NCBI GenBank assembly: GCA_002633005.1
Contig: NMRA01000268.1
Location: forward strand, 418,611 to 482,610
Direction: 5' to 3'
From: Phoronis australis
Lineage: Eukaryota; Animalia; Phoronida
DNA: 64,000 nt
Made by a program: the position numbers and the translations under genes. This document shows, one piece after another, positions 62,394 to 64,000 of this stretch; positions within the stretch are counted from its first letter, which is position 1; each line of letters starts with the position of its first letter. The notes beneath the pieces were generated by a model. That model was given only the letters and a program-made list of their open reading frames with translations, was not told where the DNA came from and searched no databases.

Positions 62394-64000
62394 GTCAAGT
62401 CTTCAAGTTGGCTTGGCCCAGCGGGTGAGTCTTCAAGCCGGCCTAAGTTTCAAGCAAAAATGAAAAGCCCAGTAACTGCTTCTGATCTGTGCCAGGAATT
62501 AGACGCGATTAATTTATATGTTTTGGCGTAAAGTGATCTAAATCAAAAGATTATAATCGCTTAAACTTGAAATTTTCAAATACCTTGGGCACAGGAACAT
62601 GATAGCAGCACTTTTTTGTTTCGTGATGATTTCATCATATGCGAGTTTTTATGAAGACAAGCTTTAGTTCCACAGAAAGAAACGTTTTCGCACAGAATTT
62701 GCTACTTGTGTTTGTTTGCTATGAAAGTCTGGCAATAATTATGGAGACATTTTACACTGCAAACTCGGCCATCTTATGTAAAAGCTTGTCACAAATGGAA
62801 ACAAGTTCACTACCTTGACCATGGAAATCTATTAAGTTAAGCCTCACAGCTAATAAAACCAGACTCTCTGAAGATATAGTCACTTGTAAAATAAATTGAT
62901 TTCTTATGTAAAAACCAGACAAATGGATTGAAATCAACACTCCTTACCGAGATAGTATTCAATTTCCGTTAGAAACGAGCACATTTAAACTATCAGCGAT
63001 TGAAGAAAACTGATCAGATTTTATTGGGATTCGCCACATCTAAAATTGTGAGGCGCGTGTGCGCATTGCCTGTGTTCTTGTTTGTAACGAAAATACGATT
63101 TCTGTCACGGTAAAAAATGAAACCGATTTTATTAGGGCAACTGGGTTTCTATCCAGTACGATCTCTATCCTGTAAGAAACATGAGTACAAAAATGGCATC
63201 GTCTAAAATACACTAATGACAATAATTTAGGAAAATAGCGTTACTTCATTGCTACCCTTTTTCGGCCGACAAAGTGGGAGTGTGCAAATGCTTTTTTAAA
63301 CAAACGCTTGACAATCTCATCTTAACGGAATCCACGTGACTCTCAATGATATTGCCTGTAACATCTTTCTTTTATTCCATATTTATGTTTTAGTGATTGT
63401 GTGTTTTCTTTGTGAACGAGTCAATTTATGACAAATAGCCACCCGACCCACAACAAATTGCAACATAAGGTTTTATGCTCTACTGGGTATGCTTATGAAC
63501 ATGAAAAAAGTCTACCAAAATCTGACCAGCGGAAATGGGCTAAAACTGCGTCATTTCCAGGATGGCTGCCACGACGTTTCGAAATCACTAAAAATAGATA
63601 TAACTTCTTCAATAATTGTGATAAAGACATAATTTTTGGTTCTAGTCTATAATTCTAAGGGATGAGCAACTTGCTGGTGTGGTTAAAATTAAGTTATGAT
63701 CACTATTAGGTAAATTCAAGATGGCGGCTAAAATTCAAGAACGAAAAATCACTGATTTGTCAATTATTTAATATCGTATCCCCTATCATGAAAATAGGAT
63801 TAAATGTGACTGGTTCTGATTCAATGATCTTAAAATATTTAGATTTGACAGAATTCTGACTGGATTATTTTAAAATCTGAACACTGTATAAAAATTTAAG
63901 CTATCAAATGTTTAATACAAAGCATTGGCTATGCATAAAAGTAACAAAAATTGTCTAGTATATATTTGTTTATTAAAAAATCCACAGAAGGAAACTTGAA

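Overview
AT-rich, repeat-dense eukaryotic (animal, probably marine invertebrate) genomic DNA with two assembly gaps; nothing prokaryotic and no CRISPR. The only intact host gene I can support is a + strand GRL101-like LGR receptor built from two giant coding exons, 21258-24676 and 42435-44697. They join in frame across a 17.76-kb phase-2 GT-AG intron into about 1893 aa: signal peptide, CUB-like domains, 2 C-type lectin domains, about 7 LDLa, LRRs and a rhodopsin-type 7TM. The rest is mostly decayed mobile DNA: Penelope-like fragments, RTE-X-like and L1/Tx1 LINEs, Gypsy remnants, Kolobok/hAT/P/Harbinger-type MITEs, THAP remnants and a probable Sola3-like transposase. The most unusual structures are (i) the receptor architecture, (ii) an intronic Gypsy-type element with 74-bp outer LTRs plus a third, unrelated 631-bp LTR, (iii) a chimeric tRNA-head SINE with TSDs, (iv) a tail-to-tail Penelope palindrome around a microsatellite, and (v) a three-level nested transposon stack with readable TSDs. 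Coordinates were read by eye and family assignments come from motif recognition, not database searches.
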